NCBI GenBank assembly: GCA_963924565.1
Contig: OZ004613.1
Span: 24,180,001 to 24,244,000 of the forward strand
Source: Ascidiella aspersa
Taxonomy: Eukaryota
Direction: 5' to 3'
Length of the DNA stretch: 64,000 bases
Positions 25,701 to 38,700 of the stretch are shown here, one piece after another. Below the pieces are notes generated by a model that was not told the DNA's origin, ran no database searches, and saw only the letters and a list, made by a program, of their open reading frames with translations. The position numbers and the translations under genes are program-made. How positions within the stretch are numbered: the first letter of the stretch is position 1; each line of letters starts with the position of its first letter.

Positions 25701-27780
25701 TTCCGAATAAATGTTAATTCGCAGAAAATTCTGTCTGTCATTAAAACAAGACTATTAAAAAATGTAGAGGTAGTTTGACGCAAAAGGACGACGTTTTCTT
25801 TTTACATTTTTTCCACCACTTTTTACAAGCCGACGTTATGATCTTGCTTGTAGTTGGTGCCGTATTGTATTGTCATACCTTATATGAAATGAGGCTCACA
25901 GGTTAAAAAAGTCGTATATCCTAGTACAGTGGTCGGCAAATTTATTTGTCGCGGACCAAAATACTCTTTTTAAAGCTATTGAAGGCCCACTACGTAAAAC
26001 AACTACAAAACAGGGCGGATCCATGATATTTATTTTAAGTTGGAGGCATTAGAATGACGTCACAGAGTTACGTCATGAAACAATTTTTCTTAGAAACACT
26101 TGTTGTATTAAACGAACTCGTGAGCAAATATGAAGCTAAAATCCAGGTGGCGAAACGTTTACCTTAGACCAGCGGTTCTCAACCAGTGGGACATAAAAAC
26201 ATTTGAGGTGGGCAACAGACCGATTTAAAAAAGTTAGATTTAGTTTCTTTTGTGTATTTAATTTTACAGGAATAATGGCTTGGGTAAGAATTAAAAAAGA
26301 TATGTAAATTTATTGTTCAGCTGCAAGTATCTCACTAATGCACGGTTGAATTAATAATTTCTGTTTTGAAATATGTTCTGCTGTGCTTTGTTCTAAATCT
26401 ATTTTACAGTTTTTTCTTTCAAAAAAATGTGTTGGGCCACAGAATTTATTTGCAACGTAAATGGGTCACGAAAGAAAAAAAGTTGAGAACCACTGCCTTA
26501 AACGTATTAATGCATAAAAGATTAAAACTATAGCATTTCCATAGCGGATGGCGGCAGCCGCAATCACGTCAAAAAAAAACGCTCGAAACACATAAAAGGA
26601 ATACATTATGTTAATCCTGTAGTGAAATCTGGATAAATGTTACTCACGATACATTAGCAATATTACAATGTTCAATAAAAGAAATACATAAACTAGATAA
26701 ATGTTGGTAGAAATTGTATTTTGTAGGGAGTCTAAGTCAACCCAGCGTTAGTCTGTGGACACCAAAAAAGCGTGAAATATTGCATGGCACCTTGATGCAG
26801 AAAACAATGTCATAATATAAAACAAAACATACTATAAAACGATAATATACGCGCGAATCGCAAAAAAATTGCGTTTACATATAGTTGAAGTTGAAAAATA
26901 TAGTTGTCGGTTCCTCACAGCAACGCATATATACAACAGGTGTTGCTCACAGTGCCACATTTACCACGCTGGCCTGATCCACGGTGAGACAATATAACAT
27001 TTTTTAGACACACCGACTTTTTAAATACCGTACAATACAATATATGTAGGCCTACAGCATTCACGCGGCCCATAACTAAATAATAAAACAAAAACATTAA
27101 AAAAAAGCTCGCGGCCCACTTAATATGGCTCTGTGGCCCACGGTTTGCCGGCCACTGTCCTAGTACATAACGTTGATTTTTAGGAATAGCAAAATATCGC
27201 ATTCAAAAGTTCAGCCGCATCCTAAAACTGGAGAATTTTGTTTTTACTTATTTTTAAGAAAACTTAAATTAATGCAGCTATTCCGATCAAACAACTGAAA
27301 TACTGGTGTAACCTATGCTTTACCTTCAAGCCATTTTCAAGTGCAGCGTTCCTGGAACGCACAATTCTTCGTAGAAAGGATACAAACCTAAACAACGTTG
27401 CAAAAAAACAAACATTGTAAGATAGCTGTTAAAACTCAAGTGTAGATTATGTTAAATTACATGGCTATCGAAACAAAAACATTCAAATAAATATAAAGTT
27501 TGTTAATTCATAAACATATTTACCTTTCCACGAGAACACATCCACCCTCGAAGAGTGCGATAAACACCATCACGCTGACCAACAACATAGCGATGTTAAA
27601 AGCTAGGTTGGTCTTCAGTTTTACCAATGAGTCAGGGACCATTGAATAGAAGCATTTCTGCAAAGCCTGGAAATCATTCGCAGGCTGCTCTGGTTCGAAC
27701 GTAATGCCGAACAACCCATTGAAGGGCTCAAACAGTTTCGAGTCGATTCGAATAAAAATCATAGCTTTCGCTTCTGCCAT
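22783..27780 (-). CDS. Uncharacterised single-pass membrane protein (~963 aa) with TQT-motif array, basic SxIP-like region and duplicated EEDW modules
   Basis: Exons 27780-27524, 27387-27324, 25503-25422, 25341-23075, 23004-22783; GT-AG, phases 2,0,1,0, no stops; AATAAA at 22668-22663. The internal duplication differs mostly at synonymous sites. Linking the first two exons to the rest is less certain than exons 3-5; an alternative first exon is 25600-25559. Confidence 0.75.
25927..27157. mobile_element. hAT-type non-autonomous element hosting a nested MITE
   Basis: TIR CAGTGGTCGGCAAA / TTTGCCGGCCACTG; perfect TSD TCCTAGTA. Confidence 0.85.
26170..26495. mobile_element. Nested hAT-type MITE
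   Basis: TIR CAGCGGTTCTCAAC / GTTGAGAACCACTG; TSD CCTTAGAC / CCTTAAAC. Confidence 0.85.
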
Positions 27781-28865
27781 AAATTTCTGTCGTTCCCGAC
27801 AAAAGACATTGAACGAATATGACAAAAAATGTAAAAAAAAACTTTGCCCTGGCGAAAATCCATTGTTTCAAGTCGCTTGTGACGTAACAGAATCTTTGAA
27901 AAACTACTGAATTTAACAAACTTTTCGGAAATTACAGTCAAATCTTTTACAAATACTGCATTAAAACACCCATTAATAAGAAAATAACACACCTATAGTT
28001 AATTTTTTTAGTATTACTTGTTCATGGCAAGAATAAAAGCATACAGCCACATGTAAGAAACCGAGCGTCGTATTAAAAATCAAAATATTGGCACGCTGTT
28101 TTTAAAATTGGCATACGCGGATACTGTATTTTGTTTAGTTTTTTGTTGTTCTGTAGTTAACACCGACTGGTTAACACTATATAAAGGACACCTATATATG
28201 CTATATGCAGCCAACCAAAGCTTCAAAAGTAGTCCGCTAAACTTGTTACATTTTTAATTCAAAATGGTAGGTAGGACAGCAGCAATTATTTGCTATAAAC
28301 ATTTGCTTGACTAATGCCTTATGTAAGAGGCAGAAAAACAGTTTAGACCAGTGGTTCAAAGTTGGCAATATCTCCCTTTTTTGCATTTTCTATTTTTGCA
28401 TTGAAGAAATACAACGGGTGTCGAAAAACCGTGCACTATTGTCTAATTCAGGGTGGGTGTGCTAACATCACAAAATTCTGAGTTACTTTCCTAAAAAAAT
28501 CATTGTTAGTCAAAGTCTGGAAGCAAGTACCAGGGAAATTTGGAGCAAAGTACCAGGGAAATTTGCATCAACCCTAATTGTTCTTTGTGCTTTGTAAAGC
28601 CCAATTAAGTCAAGTATTAAATGAGAAAAAACAACTATCAATTAGTGAACAGTTTTTTTTAATAACGTCATCACAAAACTACTTAATTTCCTGTTTCAAC
28701 AATAAGGATAGTTTTAAAAGAGGTAAATACCTAAATCCAATTTACAATTGCCATTAAAGGGTTTTTGCTATAAGCGTATGATCCGAAATGTTTCCAAACA
28801 CGTTTGCATAATTATTATACAATTTACATCATTACACATTTCTATTTCAGCTTAGTAAGTTGACT

Positions 28866-29266
28866 CAGGGTTGCCAGCTAGGATTTTTTAACGCCAAATT
28901 TGAAAATTTAGGCTTTTTTAAACCCCTTTGGATTTTATTTTTTCAAAAAAAAAAATCGAAATGAACTTTGGCTATGTTAGGCTTTTTTGGGTTTTATTCA
29001 AAAATTTCGTGAGTGTTATATTAAACAGAAAAAGGGAAAACCTGACAAAAAAATCTCAAAAAGCGAAAAATAGCCAAGAAAAATTTACAAAAACAAAAAA
29101 CTTGAGAAAAATTGCCACAAAAAGAGAAATTCAATGTACCAGCATGACCATGTATTGCATTTTTTCACAAGCAGAAGCATGTTAGAGTTTTTATTAGATT
29201 TGGCTTTTTTTGGCTCTTTTTGAGGTAAGTTTTTTTTGTTGTTGTTTTGACTATCTGGCAACCCTG
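28866..29266. mobile_element. hAT-type MITE (CAGGGTTGCC ends)
   Basis: Perfect TIR CAGGGTTGCCAG; perfect TSD AGTTGACT. Confidence 0.9.
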
Positions 29267-29579
29267 AGTTGACTATGTCCAACCCGCATTTCTTTCGAGC
29301 TATCTCTTGTGGTTTGTGTGAGTACAGCGGTGAGGATAATGGTAGGGTAACAACACGTCCCCTTTTAACAAAGTAAGGCAAATAAATGGTCTTCCAAGGA
29401 CACTGCAGAATGCCCATGTGCTCAATTTGCATATATTGCGTTATTAGCTTCTGGCATAGTAAATATACGAATTTGAAAAAGAGGCTTTGCATTCTATTTT
29501 TGTTCATTTTTGGTGCGGAACATTCCTAAAATTTATAGATCTTTGCATTACACCTGATCATCATTACTGTATTTGTTTT

Positions 29580-29640
29580 GTCACGTGACAAAAAGTAAAA
29601 TGGTCGTCACGCTTTGCGATTTGTAAACAAACCGTCGTCA
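29580..29640 (+). promoter_or_regulatory. KCTD7 proximal promoter with CLEAR/E-box and FOXO motifs
   Basis: GTCACGTGAC at 29580-29589, GTAAACAA at 29623-29630, CGTCA half-sites; CpG-rich; ~150-200 bp upstream of the ATG. Confidence 0.6.
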
Positions 29641-29780
29641 TTTATTTCCGAGTAGCTTCAATCCTTCGCTGCTGCATCCTACGCAACGCGACGTCTTTAA
29701 AAATAGAAACGGTGTTTTAGAAAGTTTGGCATCACGGTTAAGAGGCGACATTTTAGATTATATGGCCTGGTGGTTGTATT

Positions 29781-32700
29781 ATGATGGCCACTGCAGAAAC
29801 CGCTAACGACGAAATGGATTACGACCGCTGTCTTAACCGTTCAAATAGCAGCGGCGGAAAATTTTTGCAAGTTTCGAATGGAATAAATGGCGGTACTTTA
29901 AAAGAAGAAATCAGAACTCCCATGCAGCAGGTTAGTTCTACATCTTTGTAATACTGTATTTGGTATATCATGGAAACATAATATGTTAACGCTGTCATTG
30001 CTTTACTTTTGAATCAGTCTGCATTGTGTGGCAAGTGCACGCCAGAAATTTTCTCGAAATAAATTTGTGTGATCACCTGAATTGGGATATTGCACACCTA
30101 AATTTCTTAAAAAAATGCTAAATTGCTGTAGGATTTCCAACTTAGGGTGTTAACTACATAATTGCACACTGCACACCTAAAAATTTGGTTCTGCAACCCA
30201 AGATCTAGGTGTGAAGTGCCATGAAATGCAGACTGGTAGGTGTGCACCCAATTTTTTTTAAGAAGTTTGTGTGCACACCTAAACTTTAGAAAAAAGATTG
30301 TTGTAAGTCTCTGACACCTCGGGTTTGCAAAAACGTTTGATAACACATCTGTAAATTTGGCGTTTTACAGACAAAATCTTGACGAAATGTACCATTAAAT
30401 GACTTATTTATTTGTGGTACGAACAACTAAATAGGCTTGGTGACAATCTAATTTGCATTATGTCGGAAGTGCATGTCAACAAGCATTTTTAAGTATTTGC
30501 CAAAATATTATCTGAGTTTATTTGAAAACTTCACAATTGACAAAAAGCTGATGGATGCTACCTGAAACCAGCCAAAATCTTATCGAACTTTTTGGTGAAA
30601 TATCAGGTGTAGAGCATTACTTTTAATGCTCAGGTGTTTATTCATGTTTTTTATAATTTGTGGCAAAACTCGGGCATACTTTCGCACAGCTATCATAAAT
30701 GTCTATCATCATTACTACATTTAAATATGTGTTAACATGGCACAGACAAATCAAACATGATTTTATTCTATTGGTATTTAAGTATTTGGGTAATTATTTT
30801 TTTAAATTTTGATCAAAAGCTTTCAGTTTAGTTCTGATAATATTAGATTTTATGGAACCTTGGCTGAATGTCGTCAATCACCCCTGAATAATTCATTGAC
30901 CAGCACCAAATATCTAATCTAATAGTTGAGATGCATTAGTATTTAATTATGTCTACACTTTTGAATACAGATGGGGGGAAATAATAAGAGCCTGAAAATT
31001 TTTTAAACAAATATAATCTAATGTTGTAAATTGCTGAGATAATAGATTGTACTACCAACTTTTTTAGGTAAATGTATCATGCAATTGATTTGAGCACATG
31101 GTTTTACCACTACACCCTTCTAGGCGGCAATTAGACATAAATATACATTATTTTAAATTAAAGGTTATTCCAGAAGTAATTGAGCTTAATGTTGGAGGGG
31201 TACATCACACAACATCGTTATCAACACTGCAAAAATGCCCTGAATCAATGTTAGCTGCTATGTTCAGTGGAAGACACAGGCTAAATACTGATGGAAATGG
31301 AAGGTGATTGTGCCTTAAATTAAATTGCAAGGTAACTTTGTAGGCACAAAGTTGCTTTTGTGGTTGATTATTATAAAACATGTACTACAGTTTGGTAGTT
31401 AATACCATTCCAGTTTTTTATGTTTCACAAACAGTGTTTTGTCTTTAAAAGATTTTCCACAAAAAATAGATAACTTTTTTTAAATACTAAAAACCTTTTA
31501 TTATTTATCTAGCTACTGTGTTACTGACAGCCAATATTCTAATGCTTAACAGGTTGTATAACACTAGGCATAAATTGTGCAACAAAGTGTCTTTAATTCA
31601 ATTTCTTGTAAACATTGCTTTAGATATTTTATCGACCGCAACGGTGATCTCTTCCATTATGTGCTGAATTTCCTAAGACAGGGCGAAATGCCCGGTCTGG
31701 CCAACTGCCTGAAAGTCTACCAAGAAGCACAGTTTTACAACCTTCAGTCGATGATTGACGCCATGGAATTCCTTCAACCAATTGCTGGAGAAAAGCAAAA
31801 GAGAAACTTTTTGAAACATGTAAATATGTCTTTGGCATCTTTGCAAAGCTTACAATGCTTGCACGCATAGGAGCCGAACGTGGGTGTGCAGAGCGTTTTA
31901 TAACGCCCTGGCTTTCTTGTAGGACGTCCAAACGCCCTTGAATTCAACCAAGTTATAAATACGTGATAAGAATATCAAAGCCCATACAGAAGTAGGTATC
32001 ATTTTGGACGTTTCGAATAACTCTTTATTCATTTTCAACATCATAACTCTTATTTTCAACATGATGTGGAAAATGAATAAAGAGTTATTCGAAACGTTCA
32101 AAATGATACCTGCTTCTGTATGGGCTTTGATATTCTTATTACGTCTTACTACAACCTCCAACCATTATGCTCCAAAGTTATAAATAGATGTGCAAAATAA
32201 TTTCTGAAGCACAGTCTTAGTTAATCAAAAGTGTTTAAAATTTTCTTGAATAACCATATAGACACACGGCCATAGAATCCTCAAACTATGTTTTTTTTTT
32301 ATGTTTTATGCAATTTTTTTTCAAAATATTGTTACGTTTTGCTCATTTCAATAGAAACTTTTTTAGCCCAAGGTGCGAAAATGAAGTTTTAAAAGGCGAA
32401 ATAGCTGGCACGATGATAACAGACAACAGCTGTTATCTAAGAGCTCACATTTTTTTATTTAATTAACAGGCAATTTTCCACTGTCTAGAAAATAGCGCTC
32501 TGGAATTTAAGTTTGGCGCCTATGCTTGCACATATATGTTTTTGTTTGAGATTGGAGATTAAAGTTATTACTGCTCAAACAAATGGCAACAAAATGTAAG
32601 ACTAAAAAAAAAGATATGTAAAACAGCATTTATTAAACTTGGCATAACACAGTTGCAAAGCTTACAATGCTTGAGCGTATAGATCAGGGGTTGTCAACAG

Positions 32701-35700
32701 TGGTCCTCGGTCCCCTGGGGGGCCATGGGCATAACTCTCATGAATGTTAACCTTTTTTGTAACATTTTCTAACACATTTTTCTGACACATTTTTGGACTC
32801 GTCAGTAGGAATGCTTAAAGACAGTAGAATATCGGATCGTTTTTATTTATGCTGTTAGCCGAGCAACTAACGTGTAATGCAAGGTACAGAGGTTTTGTAA
32901 TTTCCTAAAGGGCGGTAAGTTGAAAATGAAATATTCAATTGTATAACGCATTAAGTACGCTACAGCTGCAGGGTCAATTTTATTCAAGGTCAATTTTAGA
33001 CCAATATTCAGGGAGGTTATGTACACTACACCTCATTCGTCATTAATAGTAATGCATTAATAAAACGAAAATCGACAAATCGTTGACGAATGCTGTGAAC
33101 CGAATTTGGCCAAGAACAAGCTTTGTAATGACTAACAAAGTTAATTTAAGTTCAAATGACCGATTTATTAATTTTTTAGAAAATAAGTGCATTGATTTGT
33201 TGGTTAATGGCTGTATTTGTTATATACATGAAGAAGTTAAACAAGTGAAAACACGTTAAATAGAATGCTAGGTATTTTTATAAGGAGGTGGGCACGAGGG
33301 TTGAGAGCCTGTAAAAGGGGGCCATGAAGCATAAAAGGTTGAGAACCACTGATATAGATATTTGTTGACTTTCCTGCTTAGTCAAAGTCAGTCATTCATG
33401 AGTTCTCCAATTTGAATCCATTGTCTTCATTTACGCGTAAGGGCGAGGAGATATCTTCCTATTTTGCACATTTAGTTTGTCATATAATTTTTGTTTGAAA
33501 TTATTGAAATGAAAGTTTGAGCACAGTTTGAGCAGTGACTGCTCAAAAAATGGCAGCAAAATGTAAGATTTCAAAAATTTATGTAAAACACCATTTATTA
33601 TACTTAAAGCATAACACAGTTGTTGATAACACGCTGAATTTCTTTTTAAAAGTTCATCATTATGTCTTAAGGTTCCCAACTACCATTCCAACCTGGAGCT
33701 ATTTCTAACCTTCGCTCAGCAGTTTGCCAACTCCCAGCCAGATCGCATTGCAAGACTCAAAGTCTGTATTTACAAGGAAATGTCTTCGCAAGTCCCGCCT
33801 CTCGTCCCTGGAACAACAAACCACATTGGCTTTCACAAGTGGGTTTTGTATGGAAGCTTCATGGTTAAGTAAAAAAAAAGATTGCCAACTTATTCATGTT
33901 TTTTATGGCATTACAGTGTATTTAGCTAATTAACTGAACAAATACTACTGAGAAGAAGAATATGTTTTTATACATTGAACCAAACATTCAGTTTTTCCAT
34001 GATAGTACTGAACATTTATTCCTGTGTTACAAAACTACTGTCACAGTTTGTTATTTATTTTTTATTTGCTGCATTTATTTTAATATTACCCTGGGACGTA
34101 ATTTACATGTTTTATGCCCTATAAAGTTTTTAATTATTTATATTTATTGATTATTTTATCTTGATAAAAAAGAAAAAGTCTGATAAGCTAACAGTTATTA
34201 ACCAGGATTTTGAACAAAGCATTATCCTGAATTAAATGTTACTTTTAATCAAAAGAATATGGAAGTTTGTTTTCATAATGTTCTTTCCTATACACACTTA
34301 CATATGCGACTAAGCAGCAATTTATTTTATTTTAGCAGCCAAAATTATTATCTGCAAATATGACTTGTGTATACAAACTGTTCATATAAATGGTTGATTA
34401 CATTTTATAGCCCTAAAGCATTCTAATGAACATTAGCGATTGCAAAGGGTTATGCTGGTGTGTTTTGCCAAAGTTGCTACTTTAATTTTCATGAAAAATT
34501 GAAATAGTTCATTGTCATGTTGGTAGTTGAATGTTTGCAATCATTATTGGTTTGTTTTCATAGGATGTTATGACACTATGTATAGGAACAACAACAGAAG
34601 ACATTGGGTGTTGGTTTAATTCTACAAAATACTACAGGACTAAATCAATTGGTGATTTGTTAAGTAACACCCTACACATTTATTTTCGTGGCTACAGCAG
34701 CAGAGTAGACACCTGCTTTTTTTTCTTCAATTAGACATTGATTGATGATCTAACAATGGCATTTTCTTGTCAATTAGCTAATCTGTTTTATATTTTATGC
34801 CATTTTTAAACACACTGCTATGTGTCTTGAAGTCAAAAAAATTGATCAGATTTTTTTTTTCAAAAATGGAAAAGTTTTAAGCGGGAATGTTTTACTGTTT
34901 ACAAACACATATTATCCGTCCCAATTTAAATTTTGTGCAATTTGCAACAGCAAAATGCAAACATCCTCTGCAGCATATTAAGTAACTAATTAAGGTTGGT
35001 TGTCACTGTCAGGTCTTTTAGCTAGTTACTGACTTAAGGAAGCCTAAATTCAGTAAGTTCTGTGGCCATGTGGTGGTGTATATTTTTCAGGCTTATTTTT
35101 TTTTCTTAGCACTTTTCAGATTGGTAGGCTAGCCCTTGAAGGCAGATTTTTGTTGTTACAGAGTGTGCTTCTACTGAACTGAGTATACTTGTCATAGTAA
35201 GTTGCGTCAGCTAAATGGCCCCAGAATCCAGATTTCTAGTAAGTTGCATCAGCTAAATGGCCCCAGAAGGATTATTAGACATGTGTTTAAGATATTCCAA
35301 ATCATTAAAACTACGCTGTGATCGGTTTTGCTTCCACTAGGTTTTACAAAATAATGACTTGAATTTAAATTTGAGGTGTATGCAGCTTTCACCCAAACTA
35401 AGTTATTTGTTATTGCATTGTACTGCATTTATTAGGATCCACGAAAACAATGCAGTTATTCAAACCGAGGTCAAATCAGACGCATTTCGTTATTTAAATC
35501 CTAAACTAAGCATAACATGGTGCAATATTTCCTGAAATAGCTTACACGCCTTTAATAGCCCTTTGATCGATTGTAAACAACTCTGCGTACCATGCGTATG
35601 CAGCAATGGGGTAAATATGCTGCATATTGATCGACTGGTGGCGTTCAGGTTGTTTTGACGCCCGCTATTTCACTCGTGCTGTCGTGATTCACGCGAAAGA

Positions 35701-38700
35701 GAAACGGCCACGTAACTGTAGTGTAGAGCAGTGCTTTTTAAACTTTTTTAGTTTTGTTCGCCCCTATCATCTATCTCCAGATTTCATTCACCCTTGTCTC
35801 ATGATATCATAAAACTATCTCATCTATATATAGCACAAAATGACTTCAGTTGTTCGAATTTTGTTAAGATAAACTTAAGCTAAGTTTTGCCATTAGAAAT
35901 TTACAATTTTTCGAGCCTAGAGATATAAGGCTACAGAAGCACAAAACACAGTCACAACATTTTTGTACTTATACACTCAGTGCAAACTAACTTCGCTATT
36001 ACAATAAGCAAAAAAACACCTAATAACAACAGTTCAGTAGTCGATTTACTGTAGAGCTATTATCCATTTCTGATGGTTCACTCTTATTCACCCCTTTTGG
36101 TTGGTTTACCCCTGCAAAAATTTACTCACCCTGGGGAGAACCATTTACCTGTTTAAGAAACACTGGCGTAGAGCATTGTTGCGACAGAGCTTTGAAATCG
36201 GACTAAGAGGTTTCATGGTCATGTGATGTGCGTTTGCGCCACATCGTAATAAATTAGCGGCGCTGGCAAATGTTTTGACGGCAGTTTGCGAATTGCGTCT
36301 TTATACTTTGGTTCGCAATGCGCAAATTAGCGTGTGTGTAGAACAGCTTTCCGGCTGCTTCGCGTAGGCCGTTATTTACAAATATGTTAGTACCACACCC
36401 ACATGCTTCATACCCATGTATTAAATTACGTCACTCCATCCTTATTCAATACATCGGCCAAAACTGTTGAATGATATTTATTTGCATAGCGTGTTTTTAG
36501 ATTACGCAACTTATATTTTTATTATTTGCAACTACGTCGTTTTTTGTTGGTTTTACCAACGTAAGAGCAAGACATACCAGAGTAACGTTACTACTTACGG
36601 GAATACACGATGCCTTCGGAAAGGCTTAGCAAAATCAAAATTAGGTTTAATTTTAAACGTTCTGAATAACTCTTTATTCATTTTCAATATAGAGAGAAGC
36701 TTCAATGAAACATATGTACACACATAGAGAGAAGCTTCAACTTTTTATGGGCTTATTCTTAGTTTTACGTCTTACTACAATCTTCAACCATTATGCTCCA
36801 AAATCAAAATATTTAAAGGAAATAGCTCGCGACGATTATATTTTTACACAATGTAATTGTCAAATTGTGGGGCGCGCTAAGGACAATTTACAGATAACTT
36901 CATTTTTATCGTTTTTCTATTATTATTGGGTTCAGATGGGAGACGAGCGTTGTTTTTTATGCAATACCTTCTATATCAGGTCTAAGCGTCCTCCATGTCA
37001 ACTCATTTGTCTTGTACCTTCGTATGATTTCCGGCAGAATTCGCACAAATCCGCTGTCTATAAACAACTGATGAAATTTTATTATTTATACCGACAAGCG
37101 TCATTGCTGTTTAACATCTTAATTTATTTGGGCGATAATTAGGAGTCTTTATCTTGGGTCGCACCAGCGCAATCTGAAAGTTATCCCTAGATTTGGTCGC
37201 AAACGCCTATAAGAAAATCAAAAATCATAGCATGTTTTTATATTACGCAATTAATTTTTATTATTTGCAAACATTGGCCCTTTTTGTTAGCTTTTTCAAC
37301 GTAACACCAAGAAATGCCAGAGTAACGTTAATATTTAATGGAATACATAGGCCTCCGGAAAGGCTTACTAAAATCAAAATATTGGACAATAACTCAATTT
37401 TTTATTGTTATTGGGTTCAGATGGGAATCAAGCGTTGTCTTTTATGTAATACGCAATATAGATCAGGTCTTAAACGCCCTTCGTGTCAACTCATTTGTCT
37501 TGTACCTTCGTATGATTTCCGGCAGAATTCGGGTAAATCTGCTGTCTATAAACAACCGGTAGACATTTATACCGCCAAGCGTCGTTGCTGTTTAACACCT
37601 TAATTTATTAGGGCGATAATTAGGAGTCTTTATCTTGTCGCACCAGCGCAATTGGAAAATGGTCTCTAGATTTGGCCGCAAAAGCCCATTAGAAAATTAA
37701 CAGTTCCACCTGATTTACACCAAATGCTAAAAAATAACACCTTTTTGCTTAAGTTGCAACTTATAAGTTTACTACAAGAAAACACCAAAGACAACGCTTT
37801 CGTGTAGTGTTGCCATAACACATAACAGTGCGCTGTAAAAATCAAGTTTGAGTGAGATTTCCAACTACAGTATAGTTTTAACGCCACCAATACTCCGCCA
37901 GTTCAACCGCCTGCTTTATGCTATATACCTTTTACCTCAGCAGCTTGTTTACTCCCAGCATAAAATCTATCATTTGAATAAACATTGTGTTAAAGTTGTT
38001 TTTCAAATGCAGAAAAAAGTAAGGTTCTTATATTTTGCACAAAAATGTTCACAAAAATTCTTCCTTTTTGGACGTTGTCTCATTTTATTGTTGCACCAAG
38101 GCGTACAGAGTTATTGCGGACAAACAAATAATTAAACTCAAATTTTAAAAACCTGAGTGAATCCTGGTGTTACTCAGGTTTTCAAACTTTGAGTTTTATT
38201 GGTAATATACGCGTCAGCGGAACAGTGATCGGCAAGCAGAAACCTGCTGCCAATGGTTTTGGATTCCATAAGTATACGCCCTTTTTAGTTATTGTGGGGT
38301 GAGGCTCACGAAACATGCACTTTATAGTCCAATAACCAGGTCACGCAACGCTGGTCAGTGTGATTTTAAGCACAGCAAAATGAGCCGACGCCGTTTATTT
38401 AAAACTAGGACCAGAAAAAAGTGTGGTTAAACAGGATTCAGTCAAGTGTAGCAGCTTTTAAGCCACTGAGCGTATATTGCATTTGCTTGTGCAATTCGTA
38501 GTGTAAACCTAGGCTGGATATGTCAAAGAAAACAGGTTTCAACTTGTTTTGAATAGTCCAGCCTGTCAATTTCACAACTTCCATTAAATGCTCGAGTTGT
38601 GCATGTTTGCCTTACCCATTAAAAAGTGTCAAAATGGGGAATACCAGAGACGTAAAATGCGATGATGTTCATGCCGATCACAATTGAATTTCACCATAAA

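Noticed and set aside
36705-37603. ORFs of 145 and 136 aa with similar sequence
   Set aside because: By-products of an intronic tandem duplication; AT-rich with no domain, and one includes a transposon insert.
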